From the IMG/VR virus record IMGVR_UViG_3300023174_000120, positions 22,663 to 86,662 of that record: 64,000 nucleotides of DNA. One strand, given 5' to 3'. Below, in pieces: positions 19,683 to 30,466 of the stretch; position 1 is the stretch's first letter; each line of letters opens with the position of its first letter. Origin of the DNA: a virus. The translations under genes and the position numbers were made by a program. The notes under the pieces were generated by a model that did not search any database, had not been told where the DNA came from, and saw only the letters and a program-made list of their open reading frames with translations.

Positions 19683-22600
19683 TTAATTTCCACTATTGGT
19701 TACAATTGAACTGGTTTTCAATTGATTAGCTGTAATTGCTGGAATTATTTCTATATCATTGGCTGTTGCGCCATTAATAAACAGTTCATTTGTCAAACAG
19801 GCCACTTCGTATAGGCTTCCAAAATTATTATTAGACTTAGGAACAATAACAAAGTTAGTAATATCTGGAGTCATTATATTCATAATATAAGTTGCCAATT
19901 CACTAAAATAAAAACTTTGGCCGAAATCCCAATTTTCTAAACTGAAGAAATTTTGTATAGCAGATAATATACGACTTTTTAATTCATTATCACTAACCGG
20001 TATTGCTGGATTTTTTACCGCTTTAAATTTTGCCTGGAGATTAATATCTGCTAAATCTCCAAACAATACTTTATATCGTACAGGTTGAAAAACAATTTCG
20101 TCGCTAATTGATTTAATTAAATCTAGTTTTCCACCATAATTTTGTTCTAAACTTTGACTAGTAGGAGCCATCGGTTCTGTGCCTGTTTTTGTTATTAACC
20201 AGGATCTATAAGCAGTATCGTAAGAAGCTGTTAACAAATATACATCTATAATATTACTCTTACTAGGATCAATTCTACGATCTTCTCCGCTATTATGAAT
20301 GTAATGGAATTTCAAATTAGATCTACCAGGATATGCAAAATAATCCGGCTCATATACCCAAGGATCTAATGTTCCAGCAAGATCGGCCGAATAACTTTTT
20401 ACAACATTATAGTCCGGGTCATAAAAATAATAAAGATCCCCGTCACTAGGAGTTCCTACAACACTGTCCGGATTAGGAAATGGTGTAAACAAATCACTGT
20501 CTTGTAGTTGATATCTCAATCCATCATCAGATAGTTTAAAGTAAACAAATTTATATAAATTGTCATATGAATTAGTCGATGCAGGATCTACAATATTATT
20601 AAATGAATCAGGATCTGTTATTTGTCCGGCGTTATCATAATCATAAAAACTTACTCGAACTTTTTTAGGCTCAACATATCCATCCGGTTCAATAATAGAT
20701 CCATCAATTTGCCACCGATAATCTTTATTTAGAGCGGTAGTGCCTGTACTAATTGTATTAACAGATAATACCGTGACCTGATCTTTTACAACAGTATTGC
20801 TAACAAAATCATAATTTATAGAATCATTATCTATAAAGAAAGCTGTTTCTTTTTCGCTTTCAAAAATATAATCTGTTATCCTATATCTAACTTTATAATT
20901 ATTTCCAGTCCAAGTAAATGCTATTAACCAGCTGGCATCCCTATTAGAATTTTCTGTATTTCCTTGATATACCAAACTAAATGGATTTACTAAATCTATA
21001 TTAGTATCTACAACAATATTCCAAGTCCTTGTTAGCTTATCAAAACTTAAACCAAAATTTCTTTTATTAATACAGAGATTTACCAATTCATTTTCAAAGG
21101 CAGTGCTTAATACATTGATAAAGTTAGGAATAATTTCAACTGCCACGGCACCATTGTCGACATAATTGCTTAGAATAATAGGACCTGTTCCGTCATCTAA
21201 TGCTCCCTGTCCGTCATTAGACCCGTTACCGATTACCTGTAGTACTTTAGCCCAGAGATAACTAGTAGTATTATTTCCAGCAGAAGAAACTAATTTACCA
21301 GTAGAAGAAAAGTATTTGTCAGTTGGTGCTGCAAATTTTACCAAAGCCCCTGTGGTGATGTAGGACAAATTATTTGAAGTAGACACCCCCACATTTAACG
21401 GTCCCGATAATTCTGTAGATTGTCCCAAGAAATACCCCCGTGGCTGTCCAATAACCGGTGCTTGCCATACACCATATCCACTTAAACTTGGTCTATCATA
21501 TTGATCAAAATAAAATGAACGTAGAGCGGAAGATGCTACAATAGGTTCTAATTTTTGTTTTAAAATTGCCAATATTTCATTTTTATTGGTAACATTGAAT
21601 TCAAAAATTTGTTCATGATTATTTTTGTAAATCATGCCATCTGCCGCAAAGATATTGGTCTTGCTGTATTTTCCACTGACATCGCTGAGGTCAAAATATT
21701 TGCTTAATCCACTACTGATTCTGTTAACACTTTTAACCTTTAATATATCGCTACCCAGTGTGAGGGGGGCAATGTTATAGTCCTCGGCGGTAACCATTCT
21801 GTTTTGTGTGTAGAAGGCCTGCGGCGCTTTATTTTGAATACTGGTATTGGTTTCTGTAGCAGCACTATTGGTAACTGTGTAACGAAGACCCATATTCAAT
21901 GTTAGTGAATGGCTCTGGCCTTGCTTATTGGTATAAGGAATCTCAACAACAATACCGCCCATTTGTTCCGGCTTAATAACATAGGTAAGACCGTTACTTT
22001 GACGATAATAAATTACAAATTGACCTTTTGGTAAATTACCAAAACTGCCATCAGCAAAATTTAAATCAATTTGATCTTGATCTCTTGAGGTAACGCTGTA
22101 TATGTTTCTTTCATTCTTATCAACACTGTTGTAGATAATGTTGTTTCCGACAACATCAGGAACTCGTGTCCACAGAGTTGAATAGCCACCGTTACCATCC
22201 AACTGCCATAACCATACATCAGAGTTATTAATATTTGTAGAATTGATTCCAATAATTTCGTTGGCTACAGGACGATCTAAACCAAATGTTGATCTATTTA
22301 AACTGCCTTGACGGAAATGAACAAAAAAACCTGTATTAGCACTGTTGAATCCTTGGTTGTCGTTACGATACAAAAAACTAAACGTGTTGGCAGGGCGAGG
22401 AGTTTCTTCGTATATAGTGGTTGCTCCGGAAAAAGTTGCCGGAACAATTTCAAAATTCATAGCGGTTCCGTTAATGTTTTTAGTGAAACTGTAGATCGGA
22501 ACATCACTATTGGTGCTGGATATTCTATACTGCTCGGTTAAAATCCCATCGATGGTAGCTCTATCATAAGGTTTTCCAAACACAAACGAACCAGGTATAG

Positions 22601-23084
22601 CAGAATTTATAACGCCAATAAACTGTTGATACCAATTTGAATTGGTAGAATCATTCCACAATATGGTAGTATTGGCTAAATTATTGCCGGATCCATCAAA
22701 TACACTATCAGTTGTAGATATAGAATTTAATTTAAGGAACCCCGAAGCAGGTGTATTACGGGTAGGAACATAACTAACCAATTGTGCTAGTCTTAATATG
22801 CTGTCTCGACGTTGAGCGGTTTCTAAGAAATTTTCACGAGCATTAAGGTCAATACGAAAACTTAAATTCTGCCCAAGATAAGCAATAACATCAATTAACG
22901 CAATGTATTCACTGCTTTCGATATAATCATTAAAATCTTCAGGATAATTTTCCTGAAGATAAGAAATCATTGTTCTTCGTAAGGTTTCAAAATCATAGCT
23001 TTTGAAATCAGCATTTCTGAAAGATTGATATATTTTTTTCCAATCTTCGCTTACTAGTAGTTTTGTGTTAGTTGATGGAATCAT
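19683..23084 (-). CDS. gp6: Baseplate wedge protein, T4 gp6-like
   Basis: DFETLR..MISYL, ENFLETAQRRDSILRLA, FADGSFGNLP and QNRMVTAEDY motifs of the gp6/baseplate-J family. Confidence 0.85.
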   Translation of the reverse strand: MIPSTNTKLLVSEDWKKIYQSFRNADFKSYDFETLRRTMISYLQENYPEDFNDYIESSEYIALIDVIAYLGQNLSFRIDLNARENFLETAQRRDSILRLAQLVSYVPTRNTPASGFLKLNSISTTDSVFDGSGNNLANTTILWNDSTNSNWYQQFIGVINSAIPGSFVFGKPYDRATIDGILTEQYRISSTNSDVPIYSFTKNINGTAMNFEIVPATFSGATTIYEETPRPANTFSFLYRNDNQGFNSANTGFFVHFRQGSLNRSTFGLDRPVANEIIGINSTNINNSDVWLWQLDGNGGYSTLWTRVPDVVGNNIIYNSVDKNERNIYSVTSRDQDQIDLNFADGSFGNLPKGQFVIYYRQSNGLTYVIKPEQMGGIVVEIPYTNKQGQSHSLTLNMGLRYTVTNSAATETNTSIQNKAPQAFYTQNRMVTAEDYNIAPLTLGSDILKVKSVNRISSGLSKYFDLSDVSGKYSKTNIFAADGMIYKNNHEQIFEFNVTNKNEILAILKQKLEPIVASSALRSFYFDQYDRPSLSGYGVWQAPVIGQPRGYFLGQSTELSGPLNVGVSTSNNLSYITTGALVKFAAPTDKYFSSTGKLVSSAGNNTTSYLWAKVLQVIGNGSNDGQGALDDGTGPIILSNYVDNGAVAVEIIPNFINVLSTAFENELVNLCINKRNFGLSFDKLTRTWNIVVDTNIDLVNPFSLVYQGNTENSNRDASWLIAFTWTGNNYKVRYRITDYIFESEKETAFFIDNDSINYDFVSNTVVKDQVTVLSVNTISTGTTALNKDYRWQIDGSIIEPDGYVEPKKVRVSFYDYDNAGQITDPDSFNNIVDPASTNSYDNLYKFVYFKLSDDGLRYQLQDSDLFTPFPNPDSVVGTPSDGDLYYFYDPDYNVVKSYSADLAGTLDPWVYEPDYFAYPGRSNLKFHYIHNSGEDRRIDPSKSNIIDVYLLTASYDTAYRSWLITKTGTEPMAPTSQSLEQNYGGKLDLIKSISDEIVFQPVRYKVLFGDLADINLQAKFKAVKNPAIPVSDNELKSRILSAIQNFFSLENWDFGQSFYFSELATYIMNIMTPDITNFVIVPKSNNNFGSLYEVACLTNELFINGATANDIEIIPAITANQLKTSSIVTNSGN

Positions 23085-23132
23085 AGTTTTAACAGTAGAT
23101 ATCGTATTTATTGACGTAATAAACTGGATATA

Positions 23133-23570
23133 TTATTGGATCGCCGTTCCGGTTTCTCGGTTGAACGATATCTTCATATTAGAGGATTGATCGGTACCGA
23201 CTACCTGTAATGTTAGTTCTAATAGGTAACCATCTTGATATTCAGTTAGATCCATTTGCGTAGGATTTACCCTAGGATCTGCTGTACATACTGTTTTAAT
23301 ATCATTTTTAAGAAGTTCAGTAGTATCATCGGTTAATGGTTCCATAATTAGGTCCCAAATAATACTGCCAAACTCTGGCTTCATAACACGCTCGCCGCGT
23401 TTAGTATTAAAATGATTTATGATATCTTGTTTGATTAAATCAATATCAAAAAGATTATTACCTTCATTGGTGGTATCAACAGTACTGAATCCTTTATAGA
23501 AATGATCCTGTTTTGTAGGCTGTTGATATATGGATTCTTGGGTAGTAATTACTAATGTTTTGTAAGCCAT
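23133..23570 (-). CDS. gp25: Baseplate wedge subunit, gp25-like
   Basis: IKQDIINHFNTKRGERVMKPEFGS...DPRV is the GPW/gp25 signature. Confidence 0.9.
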   Translation of the reverse strand: MAYKTLVITTQESIYQQPTKQDHFYKGFSTVDTTNEGNNLFDIDLIKQDIINHFNTKRGERVMKPEFGSIIWDLIMEPLTDDTTELLKNDIKTVCTADPRVNPTQMDLTEYQDGYLLELTLQVVGTDQSSNMKISFNRETGTAIQ

Positions 23571-23578
23571 AATAATAT

Positions 23579-25132
23579 TTATTCAGCCTTTTTATTTGCT
23601 GTTCCTGTTAACACATCGGTAGCTGTTGAGCTGACCTTAACCCTGTTGGTGTTATTTTCGTGCTGTATCCAAGGCTCATGTACCGGAACACGCTGCATGA
23701 TGCTTTGTAAATCATCTGTTTTGTATCTATCTGCATTGGTCCACGCATCTTCTACATATTTGGTATTAGGGAGAATAAACTTAGATAATGCATCAGGTAT
23801 TGCGGCCGAATCAGCAGGAGTGGCTGTGGCCGCTGTAGGACCATTCATATGAATTGCCCTGGCAGATTCTAAATGCTGTCCCTGTGTAGAAATATTGGTA
23901 TTACCATTGGCTGAAAAATTATTATTTGCTCCGGCAACAATATTAAAATTACCAGAAGCAGTTTGTTTAACATCCCCTGTTACTTTAATATCAAACCCAG
24001 CATCTGATTTTAATTTTGTACTACCGGTTACAGATTGATCTAAATTACCTTTGAATTGAATTTTGCCATCAACGCCAACTATAACATTATGATTTTGATC
24101 GGTGTTAATATTCAAATCTCCAACTGAATGTATATTAACATTCCTACCTGCTTCTAAATTAATATCTCGATCGGCTCTGAAATTAAAATCTGTTTCAGAA
24201 TGTATACTGATCGAATCTCGAGAATAGATATCAATCTTGCCATCACTGGTTAATTCGATCCAGGCTGTTCCTCGACTGTTGGCAATGTAAATTAAATCGT
24301 GAGTATTATGTAATAGTATTTGATGGCCGGTCCTAGTTCGAATCCTTACCAATTCGTTGTCGCCGTTTTTATCGCCATCGTCCATAACAAAAGTAGTTCC
24401 ACCGAGCCGGCTAACTGGCTGAAGTTTACTGGCTCCGTCATAACCAACTTCGGCTTTTTTACCGTTAGGGTCAAGTGGGCCCGGGGTGCTTATACCAAAT
24501 ACTTTACTAGGTGCTTCGCGTCTTGCTGAACTAGATGTTATTCCTCTAATATTATCGGCTAATAATCCTTGATCTCTTAAACGTTTGGCAAATGGATGTA
24601 GTGGTTTCTTAAACTTACTAACATTTGGTCCGGCATTTTGAAACTTTGGAGATTTAAGAAATTCCCCAACTGGCAGCGGCCCATCTGTATATTGTCTTGT
24701 TTGTTCTTGAGATATATCCACTGTATCACTAGCGGCAATACCTGGGACCATTTGATTTTGAAACTGGTCCATAATGCACCCGATCCAATATCCTTGGTTA
24801 GGATCCCCGTCAATGAATATGACTAATACTCTAGTTCCTATATCAGGAGGAACCATCCACATACCATAACTTTTCTGAACATCGTCAAAGTTATTACTGT
24901 TAGGACCTTGATATTTGTCCGAGGTTACTCCATAGAACGGACTAAGATATTTTACAATATATGTGTTTGACTGATCGGTGGTATCAGGATATAAACCCTT
25001 GATTAATCCTACTTCCAGCCTGCCCATAAAAGTAGGATCTAAATTGTTGGTTATTATTCCAATAAATGGACCGGGCGAACCTAATTTTGACCTAGTTCTG
25101 GTATCTACAAAATCCATAATTTTAAATTCCAA
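23579..25132 (-). CDS. Baseplate hub/spike protein, gp5/VgrG-like (no lysozyme domain seen)
   Basis: DP..MGRL.V and MWMVPPDIGTRVLVIFIDGDPNQGYWIG (OB-fold), then beta-helix-like repeats and terminal IHMNGP. Confidence 0.8.
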   Translation of the reverse strand: MEFKIMDFVDTRTRSKLGSPGPFIGIITNNLDPTFMGRLEVGLIKGLYPDTTDQSNTYIVKYLSPFYGVTSDKYQGPNSNNFDDVQKSYGMWMVPPDIGTRVLVIFIDGDPNQGYWIGCIMDQFQNQMVPGIAASDTVDISQEQTRQYTDGPLPVGEFLKSPKFQNAGPNVSKFKKPLHPFAKRLRDQGLLADNIRGITSSSARREAPSKVFGISTPGPLDPNGKKAEVGYDGASKLQPVSRLGGTTFVMDDGDKNGDNELVRIRTRTGHQILLHNTHDLIYIANSRGTAWIELTSDGKIDIYSRDSISIHSETDFNFRADRDINLEAGRNVNIHSVGDLNINTDQNHNVIVGVDGKIQFKGNLDQSVTGSTKLKSDAGFDIKVTGDVKQTASGNFNIVAGANNNFSANGNTNISTQGQHLESARAIHMNGPTAATATPADSAAIPDALSKFILPNTKYVEDAWTNADRYKTDDLQSIMQRVPVHEPWIQHENNTNRVKVSSTATDVLTGTANKKAE

Positions 25133-27305
25133 GCGTTGTTACAGTAACATCTGTCTTGTATGGATCCTGAAAAGTTACATTATTATCTATCGGTTTAGTA
25201 ACCTTAATATTATCGGGCAGTTGTCCAGGAACCCTAACCAGCTTTAATCTCTGTTTAAATAATCCATCTTTAAAAGAACTGGCAACTTCCGTTACCATAA
25301 AAACTCCGCTGGCATCAGCAGAGCTGGATTTAAACTCAAGAGATCCGGTTTTTTCATTAATATCAACCGGGTTACTAAATGTTAAAGATATTAATACCTG
25401 TCCATAAAATCTATCGGCTTCGTTATCTTTGGTAACACCTTGTTGATTTTCGCTTGGTGCAGGATTATAATTTCCGATTCCGCCTGTGACAAGATAAAAC
25501 GGATCTCCAATTATATCTAAATCACCGGTTACCCTACTAACAGAATTTATTAATGCCAGGTGCATATTTTTTGCCATAGCAGTATAAGGATCGGAATTGG
25601 GTTGATTGGCATTCATTTCATTGCCTGGATGAACACTTGCTCGAGAAGATGCAGATTGAGTTTCTGCACGACCAATTATTGAATCAATAGGGTTCACTCC
25701 ATGTAATTCTATAGCATTATCGCTATTAATTGTGTCGGCTACTCCTTTATCATTATTTCTACCCAATGCTCTAGGGATAGCTTCAAAATATAGATAATTA
25801 TAATCTAATTTAAAAGCAGTGATATCCACATTCATTCCAGTATAGATATAATTGTAATCCCTTAATACTAGAGTTTTTAATTTAGTTTTATCAATTTTTT
25901 GACTATTCCCATATGTAGGAATAAAGGTATAATGAACATAATGCTCAGTAACGATGTAAGTAAATATTTGATAAGGTCTGCCTTTGGGTGAATTAATTGT
26001 TTTTTTATTTTCAACGTGAAGACGAATAAGAAAATACTTAACTCGCCCAAAGGTATCAGGATTATCTCCTTTTCCTATATTTTCTAGTTTTGTTTTAACA
26101 TAAGAACTGTCTCTTATGGTAGCAGTAATAATATCGTGAATATTATCACCTTCTTTAAATTGTATAGTTGGCGAAGCAGCAGATGTTCCTAGTGTTTCTG
26201 CCAACGATGTGGTAGTACTGGCAGCATCGTGGCGAATTAATCTAACCAAATCTCCGCCTGCATGACTATATGATATATCGGCATTGGCAATTTCGTTTTC
26301 TGTTTTACTTTCTAAATCCCATCCTTTACCATTAATCCATACAGGGAATTTTATTTCATAGGTATCGCAATCTTTATCTTCAATATTGGTAGCATAGGTA
26401 GGATCTTTGATTTTTCCATTTAAATTCTCCATGAAATTTTTTAAAGTATCTCCTACCTTGGTACCCGACATCGATGTACCAGTTTGTAATTTTCCTTCTT
26501 CGCCGAACCCTTTATCAGCAAACGGCACAGCCGTGCAAGAATATTTGGTTCCGTTTTCAGTTAATTCGATGCTCATGCCTGTAAAACGTATTAAAAAATG
26601 ACGTGATGTGTTGGGGATAGATTCAGGTCTAGGTAGATCTTTATTGTCTTTATAACCTATAAAATCAATGGTCAATAAAAAGCTAGCATTAGAATAAACT
26701 TCATATCCAGCCGCCTGTGCTGTTACTTGTAATGCTTCAATAAAACCATTAATACTATATGGTTCAAATACGTCAAAAGACATATTAGTCGGTAATGTAA
26801 GCCCACCGGCTTTGCTAGGAGCCATAATAGTTCCTATTTCTACATTATCGATATACATGTCAAATCGTCCAGGGCTAAATTTGTTAAAATCATTAACTAA
26901 TTGTTGAGCCGATTCTTTATCGTATCCAGTAAGAACTTTAAAGTCAACCTTTCTGGTTGTTACCGAAGAAACAATATCACTTTCGGAGGTAACAGTGCTT
27001 GTTACTTCCTTGGTGTCTGTTCGAAAAACTGGGGATCCGGTTACATTACCAGTTAAACCTTCAGGTCCTTTACCACCAGATCTTAAAATTACAAAATTTT
27101 TAGAACTATCTCTATAATTTTTAGGATCATTTGCCGAATTAATACTAACAGCGGACAAGGTAAAGTTATAGGTGTAAGACCTATAACTGTTAAGAACATT
27201 GGACTTACCGGACGATTCTATATTGAGTGTGTTAGATTTATTAGTTTTTCTATCTATTCCTTTAGGAAGAACACTGGTAAAAGAAACTGGATTATAATCC
27301 GACAT
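25122..27305 (-). CDS. Putative baseplate hub protein (gp27-like position)
   Basis: 727 aa between the gp53-like and gp5-like genes; C-terminal LDIIGDP...GVFMVTEVASSFKDGLFKQRLKL typical of hub proteins. Confidence 0.6.
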   Translation of the reverse strand: MSDYNPVSFTSVLPKGIDRKTNKSNTLNIESSGKSNVLNSYRSYTYNFTLSAVSINSANDPKNYRDSSKNFVILRSGGKGPEGLTGNVTGSPVFRTDTKEVTSTVTSESDIVSSVTTRKVDFKVLTGYDKESAQQLVNDFNKFSPGRFDMYIDNVEIGTIMAPSKAGGLTLPTNMSFDVFEPYSINGFIEALQVTAQAAGYEVYSNASFLLTIDFIGYKDNKDLPRPESIPNTSRHFLIRFTGMSIELTENGTKYSCTAVPFADKGFGEEGKLQTGTSMSGTKVGDTLKNFMENLNGKIKDPTYATNIEDKDCDTYEIKFPVWINGKGWDLESKTENEIANADISYSHAGGDLVRLIRHDAASTTTSLAETLGTSAASPTIQFKEGDNIHDIITATIRDSSYVKTKLENIGKGDNPDTFGRVKYFLIRLHVENKKTINSPKGRPYQIFTYIVTEHYVHYTFIPTYGNSQKIDKTKLKTLVLRDYNYIYTGMNVDITAFKLDYNYLYFEAIPRALGRNNDKGVADTINSDNAIELHGVNPIDSIIGRAETQSASSRASVHPGNEMNANQPNSDPYTAMAKNMHLALINSVSRVTGDLDIIGDPFYLVTGGIGNYNPAPSENQQGVTKDNEADRFYGQVLISLTFSNPVDINEKTGSLEFKSSSADASGVFMVTEVASSFKDGLFKQRLKLVRVPGQLPDNIKVTKPIDNNVTFQDPYKTDVTVTTLGI

Positions 27306-27306
27306 A

Positions 27307-27606
27307 TTAATTCCCTAACGCCAGTCTTACAGTTTCTTGTGTAGGTACATAAATTTTTATTCCGGCTACCATGTCAAAAACTGGATCTCGAAGTATGTCT
27401 TTATTTCGCACACTGAATATCCACCATAGACCGGGTTCTTGATACAGATCATAGGCCAATAGATCCGGACGATTTTCATATTCTTTGCCTACTGTGAATA
27501 ATACATCATTTACTGATTGAGGGATATCTCTAAATACCTGAACATCTAAATATCCCAATGAATAATCAGTGCTATAATACGGACTGTTGCTATCGTATAA
27601 TGCCAT
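27307..27606 (-). CDS. gp53: Baseplate wedge protein, gp53/LysM-like
   Basis: RPDLLAYDLY..PGLWWIF...N....DP...M.AG.KIYVP motif. Confidence 0.8.
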   Translation of the reverse strand: MALYDSNSPYYSTDYSLGYLDVQVFRDIPQSVNDVLFTVGKEYENRPDLLAYDLYQEPGLWWIFSVRNKDILRDPVFDMVAGIKIYVPTQETVRLALGN

Positions 27607-28370
27607 TATAGATATCCTCCAGTCCTACCATTTTTTAACCAATTTTCAACTGTGAATTTTTGTATTTCATTTCTACTATATACTACCGAACAATTTACCG
27701 TGATGGTACAAAATGTAGGAACAGAAGATTGATCAGAATTTGTATTTTTATTCAGAGTGAAATAATCTACCGCCTCCGGTAACTCCATTCTAAAAGATTT
27801 AATAACTATAGGAGCCTGATCTAAAATTTGTTGTCCATAAGCATATAATCTACAAACAGGCGGTGGTGCTCCACTATTGGTTTCGTTGCCTGATCTCATT
27901 TTAGTTAATATTCTTAATAGATGTATGGTTGATAATAGTGTCCTAGCATCTGCTTCATTTTGAACTGTGAATTTTCCTATGATATTAATATCAGTTACAG
28001 AACTGTTTTTATAAAAATACTGCGTATAATTACTATGGGTAGGAGTTACCGCCGCATAATCTGCTTTGTTGTCATATGATATCGAAGGAGTATATGGAAA
28101 AATTATTCCTCCTGCATTATATAATGTATAATCTACACCAGTATAGATATACTCATTAGGAACCTTAATTCTTACCCGCTTGTCTGCAGATAATGATTTT
28201 CCAGAAACACTTTTAATATTAACAGGAGCCTTTGGTAAACTAATTCCTTTGACTTTATCAATGAGAGCCTGAGCACCGCGAGTAATGCTTTGAACATTTC
28301 TAGCAGCATTGCCTAACGCCTGTCCACCATATTTGTCAACAACACCTACAATTTCATCACCGGTAGCCAT
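27606..28370 (-). CDS. Tail tube initiator/baseplate junction protein (gp48/gp54-like)
   Basis: IFPYTPSI, GAPPPVCRL.AYG and position next to the gp53-like gene. Confidence 0.6.
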   Translation of the reverse strand: MATGDEIVGVVDKYGGQALGNAARNVQSITRGAQALIDKVKGISLPKAPVNIKSVSGKSLSADKRVRIKVPNEYIYTGVDYTLYNAGGIIFPYTPSISYDNKADYAAVTPTHSNYTQYFYKNSSVTDINIIGKFTVQNEADARTLLSTIHLLRILTKMRSGNETNSGAPPPVCRLYAYGQQILDQAPIVIKSFRMELPEAVDYFTLNKNTNSDQSSVPTFCTITVNCSVVYSRNEIQKFTVENWLKNGRTGGYL

Positions 28371-28389
28371 AAACCACTCCTTTACTGTA

Positions 28390-28396
28390 TATTTAT
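28390..28396 (-). promoter_or_regulatory. T4-type late promoter (ATAAATA) heading the baseplate operon
   Basis: ATAAATA on the minus strand ~20 nt upstream of the 28370 ATG, with AAGGAG SD in between. Confidence 0.65.
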
Positions 28397-28431
28397 TGTT
28401 AAATAAACTGCTAACTTAATAACCCGTGATA

Positions 28432-28460
28432 TTGACATAAACATATTGTTGTGTTATTAT
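28432..28460 (+). promoter_or_regulatory. Sigma70-type promoter for the gp55-like gene
   Basis: TTGACA (28432-37), 17-bp spacer, TG-n-TATTAT (28455-60). Confidence 0.8.
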
Positions 28461-28485
28461 AAATCACAAGGAAAATATAAAAAAT

Positions 28486-29403
28486 ATGACGACCGATCTA
28501 GGAACAACTACCGGACGAAAAGTAAAATATCTAAATAATCGAGACTTACTAACAGAAATTCACAAAAGTAAATGCTCATATTCCAGCTTTGTTAAACCAG
28601 AATATCATCAATACGATGTTATTATTTCTAACCTAAACGACATTAACGACACAGTGTTAGAAGAAGCCAAAAAAAATCGTGCTAAAAGATTGGGATTAGA
28701 AGCATTTAACTTGGCTAGAGCCACCGGTGATAAAAAAATTAAACTGGCAGAATGCGTAAAAGATCCTAATACCATTGATAAAATTGATCTTGTTATTCGT
28801 ATAATGACGTTTGATCATATTCCTATGACTCCGGGCAGGAAAAAAACAACAAAAACCACTGCCGACGGGCACGAAAAAGTAAACTTCCCTCCATTTCAAC
28901 ATTGGAAATACAACGATCAAGACCAGCTGATCTGTGTTGGCAAGAGCCATTGGAAAGGTCCAGTTGATACTGGAAAGTTCGAAAAGGATCACGGACGTAT
29001 TACAGAAGGTCTGGGACGTATGTATATCAAGCTCAGCGAACGCTATGCCCAACGTAGTAACTGGAGGGGATACACTTACATTGATGAGATGCGAGGACAA
29101 GCAATACTACAACTAAGCCAAATCGGTCTACAGTTTGATGAAAGCAAAAGTGAAAATCCATTTGCTTACTATACTGCCGCTGTAACTAATTCTTTTACTC
29201 GTGTGCTGAATATTGAAAAAAAGAATCAAAATATTCGTGACGATATGTTGGAAGAACACGGATTAACTCCAAGTTCTACCAGACAACACGCTCACGAATA
29301 CGCCGAAGAAACTGCTAGACAAGCCGAATTATATAAGAATATTCGTATGCCCAAACGCGAGGACAGCATAGAGGAAGAAGAATCGCCAGAAGAGGAAGTA
29401 TAA
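28486..29403 (+). CDS. gp55: Late-transcription sigma factor, T4 gp55-like
   Basis: YLNNRDLL...NWRGYTYIDEM...FDESKSENPFAYYT...F.R...IEKK; adjacent to gp47/gp46 as in T4; TAAATA promoters throughout the window. Confidence 0.88.
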   Translation: MTTDLGTTTGRKVKYLNNRDLLTEIHKSKCSYSSFVKPEYHQYDVIISNLNDINDTVLEEAKKNRAKRLGLEAFNLARATGDKKIKLAECVKDPNTIDKIDLVIRIMTFDHIPMTPGRKKTTKTTADGHEKVNFPPFQHWKYNDQDQLICVGKSHWKGPVDTGKFEKDHGRITEGLGRMYIKLSERYAQRSNWRGYTYIDEMRGQAILQLSQIGLQFDESKSENPFAYYTAAVTNSFTRVLNIEKKNQNIRDDMLEEHGLTPSSTRQHAHEYAEETARQAELYKNIRMPKREDSIEEEESPEEEV

Positions 29404-29405
29404 TA

Positions 29406-29435
29406 TTGACTATTAAACTATTACTCTGCTATAAT
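29406..29435 (+). promoter_or_regulatory. Sigma70-type promoter for the gp47-gp46 operon
   Basis: TTGACT (29406-11), 18-bp spacer, extended -10 TGcTATAAT (TATAAT at 29430-35), then AAGGAG SD. Confidence 0.8.
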
Positions 29436-29452
29436 AGCAAAGGAGAGATTTA

Positions 29453-30466
29453 ATGGCATTATTTAAAAAAGTCGCGTGTTTCACAGATCTTCATGTCGGT
29501 GCTAAATCAAACAGTGTTGTTCATTTGCAAGACTGCGAAGATTTTGTAGATTGGTTTATTGAACAAGCCCAAGCGGCAGGTTGTGAAACTGCTATCTTCT
29601 TGGGCGACTGGAGTCATAATAGAAACAGTATGAATCTATATACTCTAGACACCAGTATTAGGTGTTTAGAGAAACTGGGCGCTGCTTTTGAACAGTTTTT
29701 CTGGTTTCCGGGCAATCACGACCTGTTTTATAAAGACAAACGAGACATTCACAGCAGCATATTTGGCAGACATATCCCCGGAGTAACCGTAGTCGACGGT
29801 GTTACAACATTAGACGATGTTACTCTAGTACCGTGGCTAGTAGGCGATGAATGGAAAACCATGCGGAATATTAAGAGCCGCTATGTGTTTGGGCACTTTG
29901 AACTGCCTAAATTCTTTATGAACGCTATGGTACAGATGCCAGACCACGGAGAATTGCGAGCAGAAGACTTTGTCGGACCTGAATATGTGTTCAGTGGCCA
30001 CTTCCATAAACGACAAACCAACCAAAATGTTGTGTATATTGGCAATGCCTTTCCACATAACTTCTCAGATGCATGGGATGACGAGCGCGGAATGATGACA
30101 ATGGAGTGGGGTGGCCAACCTGAATATAAGACTTGGCCTGACGCTCCTAAGTTTAGAACTATCAAACTCAGCGAACTAATCGATCGCAAGGACGAAATCA
30201 TGCTGAGTAAAATGTATCTGCGTGTTAATCTAGACATTGATATCAGTTTTGAAGAAGCCAACTACATCAAAGAAACCTTTATTAAAGATTATGACATCAG
30301 AGAAATTGGTCTAGTCCAAGATAAAAGCAATTTAGAAGGCAGTTACGAAGACACACCCGATACTAAATTTGAAAGTATTGACACTATTGTTGCTGAACAA
30401 CTGGTCAATATTGACAGCGGCCAATTTGATAAAAAAATCCTAATGGATATCTACAACGACCTATGA
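29453..30466 (+). CDS. gp47: Recombination nuclease subunit (Mre11/SbcD-like)
   Basis: Metallophosphoesterase motifs DLH, GD, GNHD, GHF, SGHFH. Confidence 0.93.
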   Translation: MALFKKVACFTDLHVGAKSNSVVHLQDCEDFVDWFIEQAQAAGCETAIFLGDWSHNRNSMNLYTLDTSIRCLEKLGAAFEQFFWFPGNHDLFYKDKRDIHSSIFGRHIPGVTVVDGVTTLDDVTLVPWLVGDEWKTMRNIKSRYVFGHFELPKFFMNAMVQMPDHGELRAEDFVGPEYVFSGHFHKRQTNQNVVYIGNAFPHNFSDAWDDERGMMTMEWGGQPEYKTWPDAPKFRTIKLSELIDRKDEIMLSKMYLRVNLDIDISFEEANYIKETFIKDYDIREIGLVQDKSNLEGSYEDTPDTKFESIDTIVAEQLVNIDSGQFDKKILMDIYNDL

